A DNA stretch of 64,000 nucleotides from Flavobacteriales bacterium (GCA_020628935.1 JAHDEG010000004.1:85893-149892), one strand, 5' to 3'. Numbered from the stretch's first letter, positions 29,677 to 39,352 are shown. Made by a program: numbers and translations. The notes: generated from the letters alone by a model not told the origin.

Positions 29677-30786
29677 TTGAAAAAGTTTAGACACAAAATA
29701 TATTGGACTTTCAACATTGTAGTCGCACTTCTCTTAATAATTTCTCATTTTAGCAGTTATTTAAGTCCTGAAGTATTTTGGCCAGCTGCGTTTTTATCCT
29801 TCACTTATCCACTTTTATTAATCATTAATATTTTATTTATAGCTTGGTGGTTCTTCAAGGACTTTAAACGAGCACTCCTATCTATAATATTTATTACACT
29901 AACATACAGCTCTCTTTCGCATTTATTCCCAGTTAATTTTTCTTCCCCTCCAAAAACAAGTGATGCAGCAAGTAAAATAGTTTTAACAAGCTGGAATGTC
30001 CGGTTATTTGACTTATACAACTGGTCAAAAAACAATGAAACAAAAAATAAAATGTTCGATTATTTAGTTAAAAGAAACTCAGATGTGATTTGCTTTCAGG
30101 AGTTCTTCCACCAAAACAAAAAAAACAGCCCTTTTATTACAAAAGACATCCTTACAGAAATTTTAAAAGCAAAAGAAATTCACCAAGAATATACTACTAA
30201 AGCAATAGATGATCAGTATTTTGGATCAGCTACTTTTTCAAGTTACCCCATAGTTAAAAGAGGACGTATTGATTTTGGAGATGCTCCAAGCAATATATGC
30301 TTGTATACGGATGTATTAATAGATTCTGATACGGTTAGAATTTATAACTTACATTTAGCATCTATTAGATTAAGTAACGAAGATCACAAGTTCATTGAAG
30401 AAATTTCTGAAAACAATAAGTCAGTTAAGCTACAATCCGGTTCGTTAAAAATATTCTCAAGAATGAAAAAAGCATTCTCGCTTCGAGCTAAACAGGTTGG
30501 TTTAATAGCGCAAAACATTAGCGTATGTGAGCACCCAGTTATAGTGATGGGAGACTTTAATGATACACCCAACTCATATACCTACAGACAGCTGACTAAA
30601 AACTTAACTGACATTCACAACCAGTTAAATTCTGGAATAGGTGGTACATATTCTGGCTTTGGAAATATTTTCAGAATAGATTACATACTAGTAAGTGAGG
30701 AGATAACAGCTAAATCTTTAGTGGTAAATAAATTGAAATACTCTGATCATTACCCGCTTGAAGCTATTTTAACTATAAATAGATAA
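29677..30786 (+). CDS. Membrane-anchored endonuclease/exonuclease/phosphatase (EEP) family protein
   Basis: N-terminal TM helices are followed by EEP motifs: LTSWNVRLF, DVICFQEF, YNLHLAS, VMGDFNDTPNS and YSDHYPLEA. TTG start. Confidence 0.8.
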   Translation: MKKFRHKIYWTFNIVVALLLIISHFSSYLSPEVFWPAAFLSFTYPLLLIINILFIAWWFFKDFKRALLSIIFITLTYSSLSHLFPVNFSSPPKTSDAASKIVLTSWNVRLFDLYNWSKNNETKNKMFDYLVKRNSDVICFQEFFHQNKKNSPFITKDILTEILKAKEIHQEYTTKAIDDQYFGSATFSSYPIVKRGRIDFGDAPSNICLYTDVLIDSDTVRIYNLHLASIRLSNEDHKFIEEISENNKSVKLQSGSLKIFSRMKKAFSLRAKQVGLIAQNISVCEHPVIVMGDFNDTPNSYTYRQLTKNLTDIHNQLNSGIGGTYSGFGNIFRIDYILVSEEITAKSLVVNKLKYSDHYPLEAILTINR

Positions 30787-30797
30787 TACACTTTAGA

Positions 30798-32816
30798 TTG
30801 AAACCAATTATAAATAAGCTCAAAAATATTACTAACTATAATTACAACTATATTTTTATAGCATTAATAATTGTATTAGCCACTTTTTTAAAGGTACCAC
30901 ATCTGGTGGAGCTAAGCATATATGGAGACGAGGCATTTAGCGTATTTCATTCGCAGCAAACTTTAAGCGAGTTATTCGATCGACTCTTAAAAGACACCAA
31001 TCCTCCCTTATACTTTGCTATCCTACATTATTGGATTGCCTTATTTGGAATTGGTGTTGTATATGTTAAAGCTTTATCGGTTCTTTTTAGCATTGGCACT
31101 AGTGTTATGCTATTTGTTTTAGCCAACAAACACCTTAACAAGGTTTCTGCTGTTTTTGTGAGTATTATGTATTTATTTTCTGATATTCATTTTGACTATT
31201 CGCATCAAGTCAGAGCGTTTTCTATGGTTCTTTTCTTATGCTCAGTCTCCATTTATTTATTTCTAGAAATATCAACAACTAAGAAAAAAAAACTATGGAT
31301 TATATTGTCGATTGTTAATCTAGCATTGCTATTTACTCATTATTTAACGGCATTCTTTATAGTTAGTCAAGCAATTTTCAGCTTATTTTTATTTAAAAAT
31401 AATAAGAAAGCATGTTTAAACATCCTATACAGTTATATACTTAGCTTTATCTTATTTCTACCCTGGGTTGGTGTTGTTATTAATAACCTACCTGAGGCTG
31501 GTAGCTTTTGGCTAGAAACAGTTAAGTATAAAGATCTAAAATACGCCCTTGAAAAACTTGCTGAGGATAAAAGCTTAAGAGATATTTACCTGTGGATTTC
31601 ACTGATTAGTTTACCACTTATAGTAATAAATACTAAAGTGAAAATTTTTGAAGAAAAATTTAAACCCAGCTTTGTTTTCATGCTACTCATTTATACTTTT
31701 ATTCCAATAGGTTTGTGTTATTGGGTTTCATTGTATTCTCCGGCATTTCAGTTTAGATATATTTTATATTGCTCATTAACATGGCTACTGCTTATTGGGT
31801 ATTTAATCGGGAGTCTAAACCTAAACGTATGGATTAAACTTTTGATAACAATTCCTTTTTTTACTTATCAAATAAAACATTTTCACCCTAAAGATAGAGG
31901 AGTTGAAAATTGGAGCGAAGCTATACAAAGATTTAATACATTAAAAACTGAAAACACAATCTCTTTCATTACTGCCGGATACAAAAGCACTGACTTTAGT
32001 TATTACTATAACCCTAATATCTTTAAAAATTACAATTCTACAGAAGAGCTACTAGAGAAAGATAATATATACCCTATTTATACATCTTTTGACTTTGATA
32101 AAATTGGCTGGAGTAATTATAATAAAGTGTTACTCATTCAGAGTCACCATTTAGTGGTAGACAAAGAAAATAGTATTGAACAGTATTTATCTAATAAATT
32201 CGAAATGTGCAAAGTATACGGAACTGATAAGTCTGTAAAAACAATCGTATTTGTTAAAAAAGGAAATAAATGTGACAACTTTGAAACTCTAAAAAAAGAG
32301 AAAGCTAATAAAGATATTTGCGAGAAGTGGGATATAACTTTTGAGAAAAATAAATTTAACTCTGAACAACGTTTCATTTTTAGTTCAGATATGGAGTATA
32401 AAGCAGATTGCGATTTAAGGTTTGAACTATCCAATAATTTTGCAGTTTCAGACAGCCTTTCAAACTTGATAAGCAGCAAAGAACCCTTTAGCTTAACCCT
32501 AGATAAAAATGTAACTGAACTTAAAGAGGTCAATATTCAAGCTTCCTTATATCTAGAGCAAGAGTGTAATGCTGTTTATGTAGTCTCATTAGAAAAAGCG
32601 GGAAAACCAGTTTTTAGGGAGGATATGTACTTCGGTAATTTAATAAAAACCTACAACCAGTGGAGTAAGATTAACCTTGGAGTGGTTATTCCTAGTAATA
32701 TTACGGGAGAATACAAGCTTAAGATTTACGTATGGAACGAAAAAGAATGTGATGTGTTTTTAGATGACATTACATACTCGCTAACAGCAAACAAAGTAAC
32801 TGACTCGGCTATTTAA
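30798..32816 (+). CDS. GT39/ArnT-like (PMT_2) membrane glycosyltransferase with ~300-aa C-terminal extracytoplasmic domain
   Basis: There are about 10 or more TM helices. The first-loop acidic motif is IYGDEAFSVFH, followed by NPPLYF. The topology is typical of the 4-amino-4-deoxy-L-arabinose / dolichyl-phosphate-mannose transferase family. TTG start. Confidence 0.6.
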   Translation: MKPIINKLKNITNYNYNYIFIALIIVLATFLKVPHLVELSIYGDEAFSVFHSQQTLSELFDRLLKDTNPPLYFAILHYWIALFGIGVVYVKALSVLFSIGTSVMLFVLANKHLNKVSAVFVSIMYLFSDIHFDYSHQVRAFSMVLFLCSVSIYLFLEISTTKKKKLWIILSIVNLALLFTHYLTAFFIVSQAIFSLFLFKNNKKACLNILYSYILSFILFLPWVGVVINNLPEAGSFWLETVKYKDLKYALEKLAEDKSLRDIYLWISLISLPLIVINTKVKIFEEKFKPSFVFMLLIYTFIPIGLCYWVSLYSPAFQFRYILYCSLTWLLLIGYLIGSLNLNVWIKLLITIPFFTYQIKHFHPKDRGVENWSEAIQRFNTLKTENTISFITAGYKSTDFSYYYNPNIFKNYNSTEELLEKDNIYPIYTSFDFDKIGWSNYNKVLLIQSHHLVVDKENSIEQYLSNKFEMCKVYGTDKSVKTIVFVKKGNKCDNFETLKKEKANKDICEKWDITFEKNKFNSEQRFIFSSDMEYKADCDLRFELSNNFAVSDSLSNLISSKEPFSLTLDKNVTELKEVNIQASLYLEQECNAVYVVSLEKAGKPVFREDMYFGNLIKTYNQWSKINLGVVIPSNITGEYKLKIYVWNEKECDVFLDDITYSLTANKVTDSAI

Positions 32817-33277
32817 ATATCTAGTTTACCTTTTGTAATAGAGAAACCAAAACTTTCTACAGGAGCAAGACTATCTCTTAAACCATGTTTAAAGTAAAAC
32901 CGATAATCACCTGTATCTTTAAAAAAGAAGTCTTTCTCAAAAAGAATGTGGTGAGCTATTAAATTGTTTGTTGATGTGTTACCTAACCATTTTCCTTCAT
33001 TGTTAGCTAAGTAAAGTGCTAGTGTATCTATATGTAAGCTTTTATCAGGTATTTGAGTTTCAAGAAAACACCAAAAATTCTGATATGGGTAGTCTTTATT
33101 ATGACGAATATCAACAAATAGTTGATAAGGGCTTGCTACATCTGCAATATGAATATCAAATACTGATGCACTATCTTCATTCCAACCCTGCTTGTAAGTA
33201 ACAGAATTTTGGTAAAATAAATCTGACTCACAAGAAATAAAGAGCAGAGTAAAAATAAAAAATAGTATTATCCTCAC
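32813..33277 (-). CDS. gldH: Gliding motility / T9SS-associated lipoprotein GldH
   Basis: 154 aa with lipoprotein signal ...LLFISC|ES. The pattern Y.....W......F.......Y.L...IRH...YPYQNFW........P matches my recollection of the GldH family. GTG start overlaps the PSP1 stop (GTGA). Confidence 0.6.
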   Translation of the reverse strand: MRIILFFIFTLLFISCESDLFYQNSVTYKQGWNEDSASVFDIHIADVASPYQLFVDIRHNKDYPYQNFWCFLETQIPDKSLHIDTLALYLANNEGKWLGNTSTNNLIAHHILFEKDFFFKDTGDYRFYFKHGLRDSLAPVESFGFSITKGKLDI

Positions 33278-34431
33278 TTTTTTTTAGGTTTATTAAAATT
33301 TCTACGCTTTTTAGGTTTATTAGGCTTCTTCTTCGAAAGAACTTTTTCAAGTTTTTTCATATCCATCTGACCTGTTTCCATTGCCTTAACTTCCACTTTA
33401 GGCTCTTCCAATATTGCAAAACTATCAATAGAATCAGGCTTAACACCTTTTTTATTCATTGCAATTATTTCATTTACAGAGTCAACAGAAAGTTCAATAA
33501 ATTTATCTCTTTCCTTCTCGTAAGAAAACCACATTTTACGCTTAAAGACATCAATTTTTTGATTGAATGCAATATCTTTTTTGGTAAGAAGCTTAATGTT
33601 GTTTTTAGGGAAGGATTTCAAGCCATCAATATAACTATCAAGCTCAAAGTTCAAACAACACTTTAGTTTACCACATTGGCCGGCTAATTTTTGAGGATTA
33701 ATAGATAATTGCTGATAACGTGCTGCAGAAGTACTAACGGTTCTAAAATCTGTTAACCAAGTAGAACAACAGAGCTCTCTACCGCAAGAACCAATTCCTC
33801 CTAACCTACCAGCCTCTTGGCGAGCACCAATTTGTTTCATCTCAATTCTAATCCTCAAATGATCAGCTAAAATCTTAACCAATTCTCTGAAATCTACCCT
33901 ATCGTCAGATATATAATAAAACGTTGCTTTAGACTTATCTCCTTGATACTCTACATCACTAACTTTCATATTTAAGCCAAGAGCATCTGCCTGTTTTCTT
34001 GCGTATTTCTTGGCTTCGTTTTCTAACGCTTGAGCTTCAATCCATTTTTCTACATCAGCCTGAGATGCCTTTCTATAAACCTTTTTAATATCTCTTGATG
34101 AGGGCTCAATTTTATTTTTCTTAAGCTGAGATCTAACCAACTCACCAGTTAAAGAAACTACACCAATATCATGTCCTGAGAGTGCTTCGGTTGCAACAAC
34201 CTCTCCCTTAAGCAATTGAATTTTATCTGTATTTCTGTAATACTCTTTTCTTGAATTTTTAAATCTGACCTCAACAACATCAAACATTGCCGATACACCA
34301 CCTGATACGCCAGTGAGCCAATCAAAAACATCTAATTTATTACATCCTCCCGAACCGCAATTCCCATTACTCTTACACCCATTAGGTATTGTAGAGCAAC
34401 CTCTACTAGAGCTACAACCAGAACATCCCAT
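33274..34431 (-). CDS. PSP1 domain protein (RicT/YaaT-like, stage 0 sporulation family) with Cys-rich N-terminus
   Basis: The N-terminus is MGCSGCSSSRGCSTIPNGCKSNGNCGSGGCNKLDVFDWL. The PSP1 core contains FRELVKILADHLRIRIEMKQIGARQEAGRLGGIGSCGRELCCSTWL and GQCGKLKCCLNFE. Confidence 0.85.
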   Translation of the reverse strand: MGCSGCSSSRGCSTIPNGCKSNGNCGSGGCNKLDVFDWLTGVSGGVSAMFDVVEVRFKNSRKEYYRNTDKIQLLKGEVVATEALSGHDIGVVSLTGELVRSQLKKNKIEPSSRDIKKVYRKASQADVEKWIEAQALENEAKKYARKQADALGLNMKVSDVEYQGDKSKATFYYISDDRVDFRELVKILADHLRIRIEMKQIGARQEAGRLGGIGSCGRELCCSTWLTDFRTVSTSAARYQQLSINPQKLAGQCGKLKCCLNFELDSYIDGLKSFPKNNIKLLTKKDIAFNQKIDVFKRKMWFSYEKERDKFIELSVDSVNEIIAMNKKGVKPDSIDSFAILEEPKVEVKAMETGQMDMKKLEKVLSKKKPNKPKKRRNFNKPKKK

Positions 34432-34513
34432 TTATTAAACAATTTTAATTATTGACTTGAATAAAGTCATTGGATTACAAAAATAACGTAAAAAAATGGC
34501 AGATAAAACTTAG

Positions 34514-35569
34514 TTAATAATAAGTTACTCCATTTTTAGGAATCTCGTTTTTAATTAATAAAGTTACAGAAGCAAATACTTCTCTTTTATAATTAGGTAT
34601 AGTTTGCAAAAGCCCCTTATTTGGTAGGATTAGTGTTTCTATATTTTCAAGATTTACCATTCCAGAAATATCTTTTAATTTAGAATTGTAGCTTAAGTTT
34701 AAAACTTTTAAATTACTAAGAGTAGAAAAATTTTCAGGTAAGCTTTCCAAGTCGTTACAATAAGATAAATCAAGGTTCTCTAAGTTTTTCATCCCTCCCA
34801 AACTTTCTAAATCAACTAAATGTGGGTTATTAGCTAGATTTAGAACCTTTAGAGAATCTAGTTGAGTTATCTCTGCAGGTACACTTATTAAGTCTTTACA
34901 GCCATTTATATTCAACCTTTTTAAGGTGTGCTTATTTTCGTTTCGTGCAAGAACATCACATATATCATTAAAAACAGTTAGGTTACTAACCTTTAGGTGA
35001 GTTAAACTGTTTAAATGATTAGGGTAAATACGAATATTGTTTGTACCAGTTAAATCTAAAAATGTTAATTTATTCAAATCATTTAAGCTAGATATATCTT
35101 CTAATTTAGTACCTAGTCGAAGTTCTAAATTTTTAAGATTTTCCAAGTTCCCAAATCCACTAGGCAATTTTTCTAAAACTGTACTTGCTAACAAAATTTC
35201 CTCTAAAGAATTAACATTTGTTAATCCATTAATATTTGATAAATCGTAATTTTCTCTAAGGTTTAAAATCCTCAAAGACTTTAAATTAGAAATCTCTTCA
35301 GGTAAGGCTGTAATATCATATAATTCGAGATATTCTAAGTTCTTAAAAGAAAAAAGTACCTCTAAAAAGTCTACTAAATCTGTTTTCACTTTATAAACCT
35401 GGTCTTTATTATCAAGCTTGCTGGCAGTAACTAAATCATAGGCACGAAGCTTTTTAAGATTAGCAAGCGAAAGACCCGTTCCGTTTATAAATATAGTAAA
35501 ATTGAAGCAGCAAAAAAGTGCTAGAAAAACAGATATATATTTAACAGATTTCTTCATCAATTTTGTCAA
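34514..35569 (-). CDS. Secreted leucine-rich repeat (LRR) protein
   Basis: A signal/TM segment is followed by about 11 tandem 22-24-aa LRRs (L..L..L.L..N..L..I..L). Confidence 0.8.
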   Translation of the reverse strand: MTKLMKKSVKYISVFLALFCCFNFTIFINGTGLSLANLKKLRAYDLVTASKLDNKDQVYKVKTDLVDFLEVLFSFKNLEYLELYDITALPEEISNLKSLRILNLRENYDLSNINGLTNVNSLEEILLASTVLEKLPSGFGNLENLKNLELRLGTKLEDISSLNDLNKLTFLDLTGTNNIRIYPNHLNSLTHLKVSNLTVFNDICDVLARNENKHTLKRLNINGCKDLISVPAEITQLDSLKVLNLANNPHLVDLESLGGMKNLENLDLSYCNDLESLPENFSTLSNLKVLNLSYNSKLKDISGMVNLENIETLILPNKGLLQTIPNYKREVFASVTLLIKNEIPKNGVTYY

Positions 35570-35638
35570 TTACCAAACCTAACCATGCTATAAGATATGA
35601 AATTTACTTTTATTGTCTAAATTTGTTTTTCTCTTTAT

Positions 35639-37729
35639 TTGTTTATGAACTCAGCAACAACCACGTCTACAATAGAACATAATATTTCAAACGAAGTATT
35701 CTTAAAAGCATGGAAACTACTGTGCACAGCCAAAAGTTTATCAGAGTTGTATGAAGAAAATAAAGACGTAACTGCTAAATATGTTCATGCGACATCAAGA
35801 GGGCATGAAGTTATCCAAATAGCCACAGGCCTTCAATTATTGCCACAAGACTACCTAAGTGCCTACTACCGTGACGATAGTTTACTATTATCCATCGGAG
35901 TAAAGCCTTTAGACTTAATGCTTCAATTACTAGCTAAAAAAGATGATCCTTTCTCAGGAGGAAGAACATACTATAGTCACCCTAGCTTAAAAGATGACGA
36001 TAAACCTAAAATCCCTCATCAATCCAGCGCAACAGGTATGCAAGCAATACCAACAACAGGAGTTGCAATGGGGCTACAGTATAAAAACAAACTTGAGCTA
36101 AGTGCAGAAGAAACAAAAGGAATTGCCGTTTGCTCTTTAGGTGACGCCTCTATTACCGAGGGTGAAGTTGCTGAAGCTTTTCAAATGGCGGTTTTAAAAA
36201 AACTACCCATACTTTATCTGGTTCAAGATAATGAATGGGACATATCTGCAAAGGCAGAAGAAATTAGAGCTCAAAATGCTTATGAATATGCTAAAGGATT
36301 TAAAGGATTAGAAGCTATAACAATAGACGGGACCAACTTTATTGAAAGTTACACTACCCTTAAAAAAGCAGTTGAAACAATTCGTAAAGAGCAGCGGCCA
36401 ATTTTAATTCATGCCACTTGTCCATTGCTTAACCACCATACATCAGGTGTAAGGAAAGAATGGTACCGAGACGATTTAGAAGAAGCAAGCAAAAGAGACC
36501 CATACATTCTTTTTAAACAACAGCTACTAAAAGAAAACATAAAAGAATCTATGCTTATTTCTATTGAAAAAGAAATTAAGCAAGATGTTCAAACAGCCTA
36601 CGAAAAAGCATTGACATTTGAAGAACCTTCCGAAAAAGATCTTCAAAACTTTATGTTTGCTCCTACACCTATTACCGAAGAAAAAGGAATTAGAAAACCT
36701 GAAGGCAAACAACCAACTGTAATGGTAGATGCAGCACTATTTGCAGTAAAAGAGCTTATGCACAAGCACAAAGAATGCTTACTTTACGGACAAGACGTTG
36801 GTAAAAGATTAGGCGGTGTTTTTAGAGAAGCTGCTACACTTGCAGATACTTTTGGTGACGATCGTGTTTTTAACACCCCCATTCAAGAAGCTTTTATTAT
36901 TGGAAGTACAGTTGGCATGAGCGCTACAGGACTTAAACCAATTGTAGAGGTTCAATTTGCAGATTATATTTGGCCAGGCTTAAATCAACTATTCACTGAA
37001 GTTTCAAGATCATACTATCTTTCAAATGGCAAATGGCCTGTTAGTTCTATTCTAAGAGTTCCTATTGGAGCCTATGGCAGCGGGGGGCCGTATCACTCAT
37101 CTAGTATTGAAAGTGTACTTTGCAATATAAGAGGTATTAAAGTGGTTTACCCTTGTAACGGAGCCGATTTAAAAGGATTAATGAAAGCAGCTTATTATGA
37201 CCCTAACCCAGTAGTTATTTTAGAACATAAAGGTTTATACTGGTCTAAAATACCCGAAACTGAAGGAGCCAAAACTGTTGAACCAGACGAAGACTATGTA
37301 GTTCCCATAGGCAAAGCAAGAATTGAACTCAAAGCCCAAAAAGAAAAAATAAAAACAGGAGAAAGTCTTTTAATTATATCTTACGGAATGGGTATTTACT
37401 GGAGTAAAACAGCCGCTAAAAAATTTGAAGGGCAAGTAGAAATTCTTGACTTAAGATCGCTTAGTCCAATAGATGAAAACATGATTTTTGAACGCGTTAA
37501 AAAACATAATAAATGCTTAATTGTTAGTGAAGAAGCGGTTTCAAATTCTTTTGCACAGGCATTAGCTGGTAATATTAGCCAAAATTGCTTTGAGCATTTA
37601 GATGCTCCTGTTCAAGTAATTGGTTCAGTAAACACACCAGCCATACCACTTAACTCAGCACTAGAAAAAGCATTACTACCTAACGCAAGTAAAGTAGAAG
37701 AAAAAATGCAAGAAATACTAAATTACTAA
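35639..37729 (+). CDS. Fused alpha/beta E1 component of a 2-oxoacid (branched-chain/pyruvate type) dehydrogenase, TPP-dependent
   Basis: The alpha-like half carries the TPP motif GDASITEGEVAEAF...VQDNEWDIS. The beta-like half contains FNTPIQEAFIIGSTVGMS, VEVQFADYIWPGLNQL and the transketolase C-terminal-like end. The probable true start is ATG 35645, two codons into the track ORF. Confidence 0.85.
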   Translation: MFMNSATTTSTIEHNISNEVFLKAWKLLCTAKSLSELYEENKDVTAKYVHATSRGHEVIQIATGLQLLPQDYLSAYYRDDSLLLSIGVKPLDLMLQLLAKKDDPFSGGRTYYSHPSLKDDDKPKIPHQSSATGMQAIPTTGVAMGLQYKNKLELSAEETKGIAVCSLGDASITEGEVAEAFQMAVLKKLPILYLVQDNEWDISAKAEEIRAQNAYEYAKGFKGLEAITIDGTNFIESYTTLKKAVETIRKEQRPILIHATCPLLNHHTSGVRKEWYRDDLEEASKRDPYILFKQQLLKENIKESMLISIEKEIKQDVQTAYEKALTFEEPSEKDLQNFMFAPTPITEEKGIRKPEGKQPTVMVDAALFAVKELMHKHKECLLYGQDVGKRLGGVFREAATLADTFGDDRVFNTPIQEAFIIGSTVGMSATGLKPIVEVQFADYIWPGLNQLFTEVSRSYYLSNGKWPVSSILRVPIGAYGSGGPYHSSSIESVLCNIRGIKVVYPCNGADLKGLMKAAYYDPNPVVILEHKGLYWSKIPETEGAKTVEPDEDYVVPIGKARIELKAQKEKIKTGESLLIISYGMGIYWSKTAAKKFEGQVEILDLRSLSPIDENMIFERVKKHNKCLIVSEEAVSNSFAQALAGNISQNCFEHLDAPVQVIGSVNTPAIPLNSALEKALLPNASKVEEKMQEILNY

Positions 37730-37753
37730 CCAAATAATTTAGTCACAATAACT

Positions 37754-39118
37754 ATGTTAAGAGTATTCATATACCTTAGTATACTCACGTTCTTGAACTT
37801 TTCAAACGCGTTAGCTCAAGATAAAGCTTCCTGCCAAAGCGCATACCCTATTATGGTTGATTTACTTGGCAACCCAAGCCCAGTTAACAGCTCAAAATAC
37901 GACCTTAAAACCGAGCAAGATAATTTCATCTTGTACTATAGTGAAACGGGCAATCCCAACTCATTTTGGTACAAAATTAATACCTTAAAAGATTGTGACA
38001 TTGAGTTAATGATTAAACCTCTCGAAACAGGAAATTGGTATAATTTTTTTGTTTACAAAAACCCAAAAAAAGATGACTTCTGTAAAAGCTTGTATAACTA
38101 CGATATAATACCAATAAGAACCAATTTACACCAAGAAAACATGGATGATGGTGTGGGTCTCAAGCAAGAATCAAATCAAATAATAAACAACAACGTTGAA
38201 AGATGGGAAAACACATACCACACCGCTTATCAAAAAGCCATAAAAGCAAAAGCAAATGACGAATACTTTATAAACGTTTATCACACAAAAGGTAGCGATT
38301 GCGGACATGAACTTGAACTAAGAATTAATAACCTTGTTCAAGGTTTTACTTCCATACACAAAGGCTGCTACGATTTACCCATAAAAAAATTAGAAAAAAA
38401 TATCCCCGTAACAAACACCGATATGCTAGCTGCAGTAAACAAAGCAGTTCAGCAAAATTTTAAAAACTTACTTGTACTAAAGCTAACCATTACAGACTCA
38501 TTAACCAACAAAAAAATTCCGGCTACAGCTACCATTCAAAAAAAAGATATTTTTACAAAAACTAAAATTGACACTAATGAAAACATCCCTTTGTTGCTTG
38601 AAGGAGCTATGCGTTATAAAATTACAGTTAGTGCAATTGGTTATAAAGAGCGAACATTTAAAGTAATTAAGCAAACGCTAAAGCAAGAAATCAAAAATGC
38701 TTCCATCGCACTCCGACCATTAAAAAAAGGTGAAAATTTTGTGTTGGATGATATCTATTTCTATTCCGGAACCTACGCTTTTAAGCCAGAGGCAGACTCA
38801 ACCCTTCAAAAATTAGCAAATTACCTTAAAACAAATGAGAATATTAATATTGAAATTCAAGGCCATACAAACGGTAAAGGAAACATAAAAAAGAAAAGTA
38901 TTTACGCCAATAAAGGTAAAGAATGGCAGTTTAGTGGAAACGAGAAAAAACTATCAAAAAAACGTGCCGAAGCAGTTAAAAACACCTTAGTTAATTCAAA
39001 TATTGCTTCTAAAAGAATAAAAACCGTTGGCATGGGAGCAGAAAAAATGCTGTACAAACGCCCTAAAACAAAACGAGAAAAAGACCTTAATAAAAGAGTA
39101 GAAGTTCTTATTAAATAA
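37754..39118 (+). CDS. OmpA-family protein (unknown N-terminal domain, CarboxypepD_reg-like middle, OmpA C-terminal peptidoglycan-binding domain)
   Basis: The signal peptide ends ...NALA|QDK. The C-terminus contains F..G...F.......L..LA..LK.N.NI.IEIQGHTN, LSKKRAEAVKNTLV, VGMGAEKML and NKRVEVLI. Confidence 0.8.
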   Translation: MLRVFIYLSILTFLNFSNALAQDKASCQSAYPIMVDLLGNPSPVNSSKYDLKTEQDNFILYYSETGNPNSFWYKINTLKDCDIELMIKPLETGNWYNFFVYKNPKKDDFCKSLYNYDIIPIRTNLHQENMDDGVGLKQESNQIINNNVERWENTYHTAYQKAIKAKANDEYFINVYHTKGSDCGHELELRINNLVQGFTSIHKGCYDLPIKKLEKNIPVTNTDMLAAVNKAVQQNFKNLLVLKLTITDSLTNKKIPATATIQKKDIFTKTKIDTNENIPLLLEGAMRYKITVSAIGYKERTFKVIKQTLKQEIKNASIALRPLKKGENFVLDDIYFYSGTYAFKPEADSTLQKLANYLKTNENINIEIQGHTNGKGNIKKKSIYANKGKEWQFSGNEKKLSKKRAEAVKNTLVNSNIASKRIKTVGMGAEKMLYKRPKTKREKDLNKRVEVLIK

Positions 39119-39120
39119 TA

Positions 39121-39209
39121 GCGTTTGGCAAAATGCCACCAAGCTTTCCGCTCATACGCTTCATATTACTAAAGTAATATTGCAGGGTATCCGCTGCAAT
39201 CTTTAACGC
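39121..39209 (+). repeat. Structured intergenic element, copy A (candidate 3'-UTR RNA)
   Basis: GCGTT-[TGGCA AAA TGCCA]-CCAAGCTTTCCGCTCATACGCTTCA-[TATTAC TAAA GTAATA]-TTGCAGGGTATCCGCTGCAATCTTT-AACGC. The element starts 2 nt after the OmpA-family stop codon. It shares its cores and architecture with 46977-47068 and 55569-55658. Confidence 0.6.
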
Positions 39210-39352
39210 GGTTTAAACCAACTATAACTTCCATAGCTACCTAACTCTAATAACCAACTCATCAGATATTTCTTTCAAAAAAACTATACACACTCGTGAT
39301 TTTCTACAAAAAAATACATTCTATTGTAATGAAAATTACTACCTTATAAATT

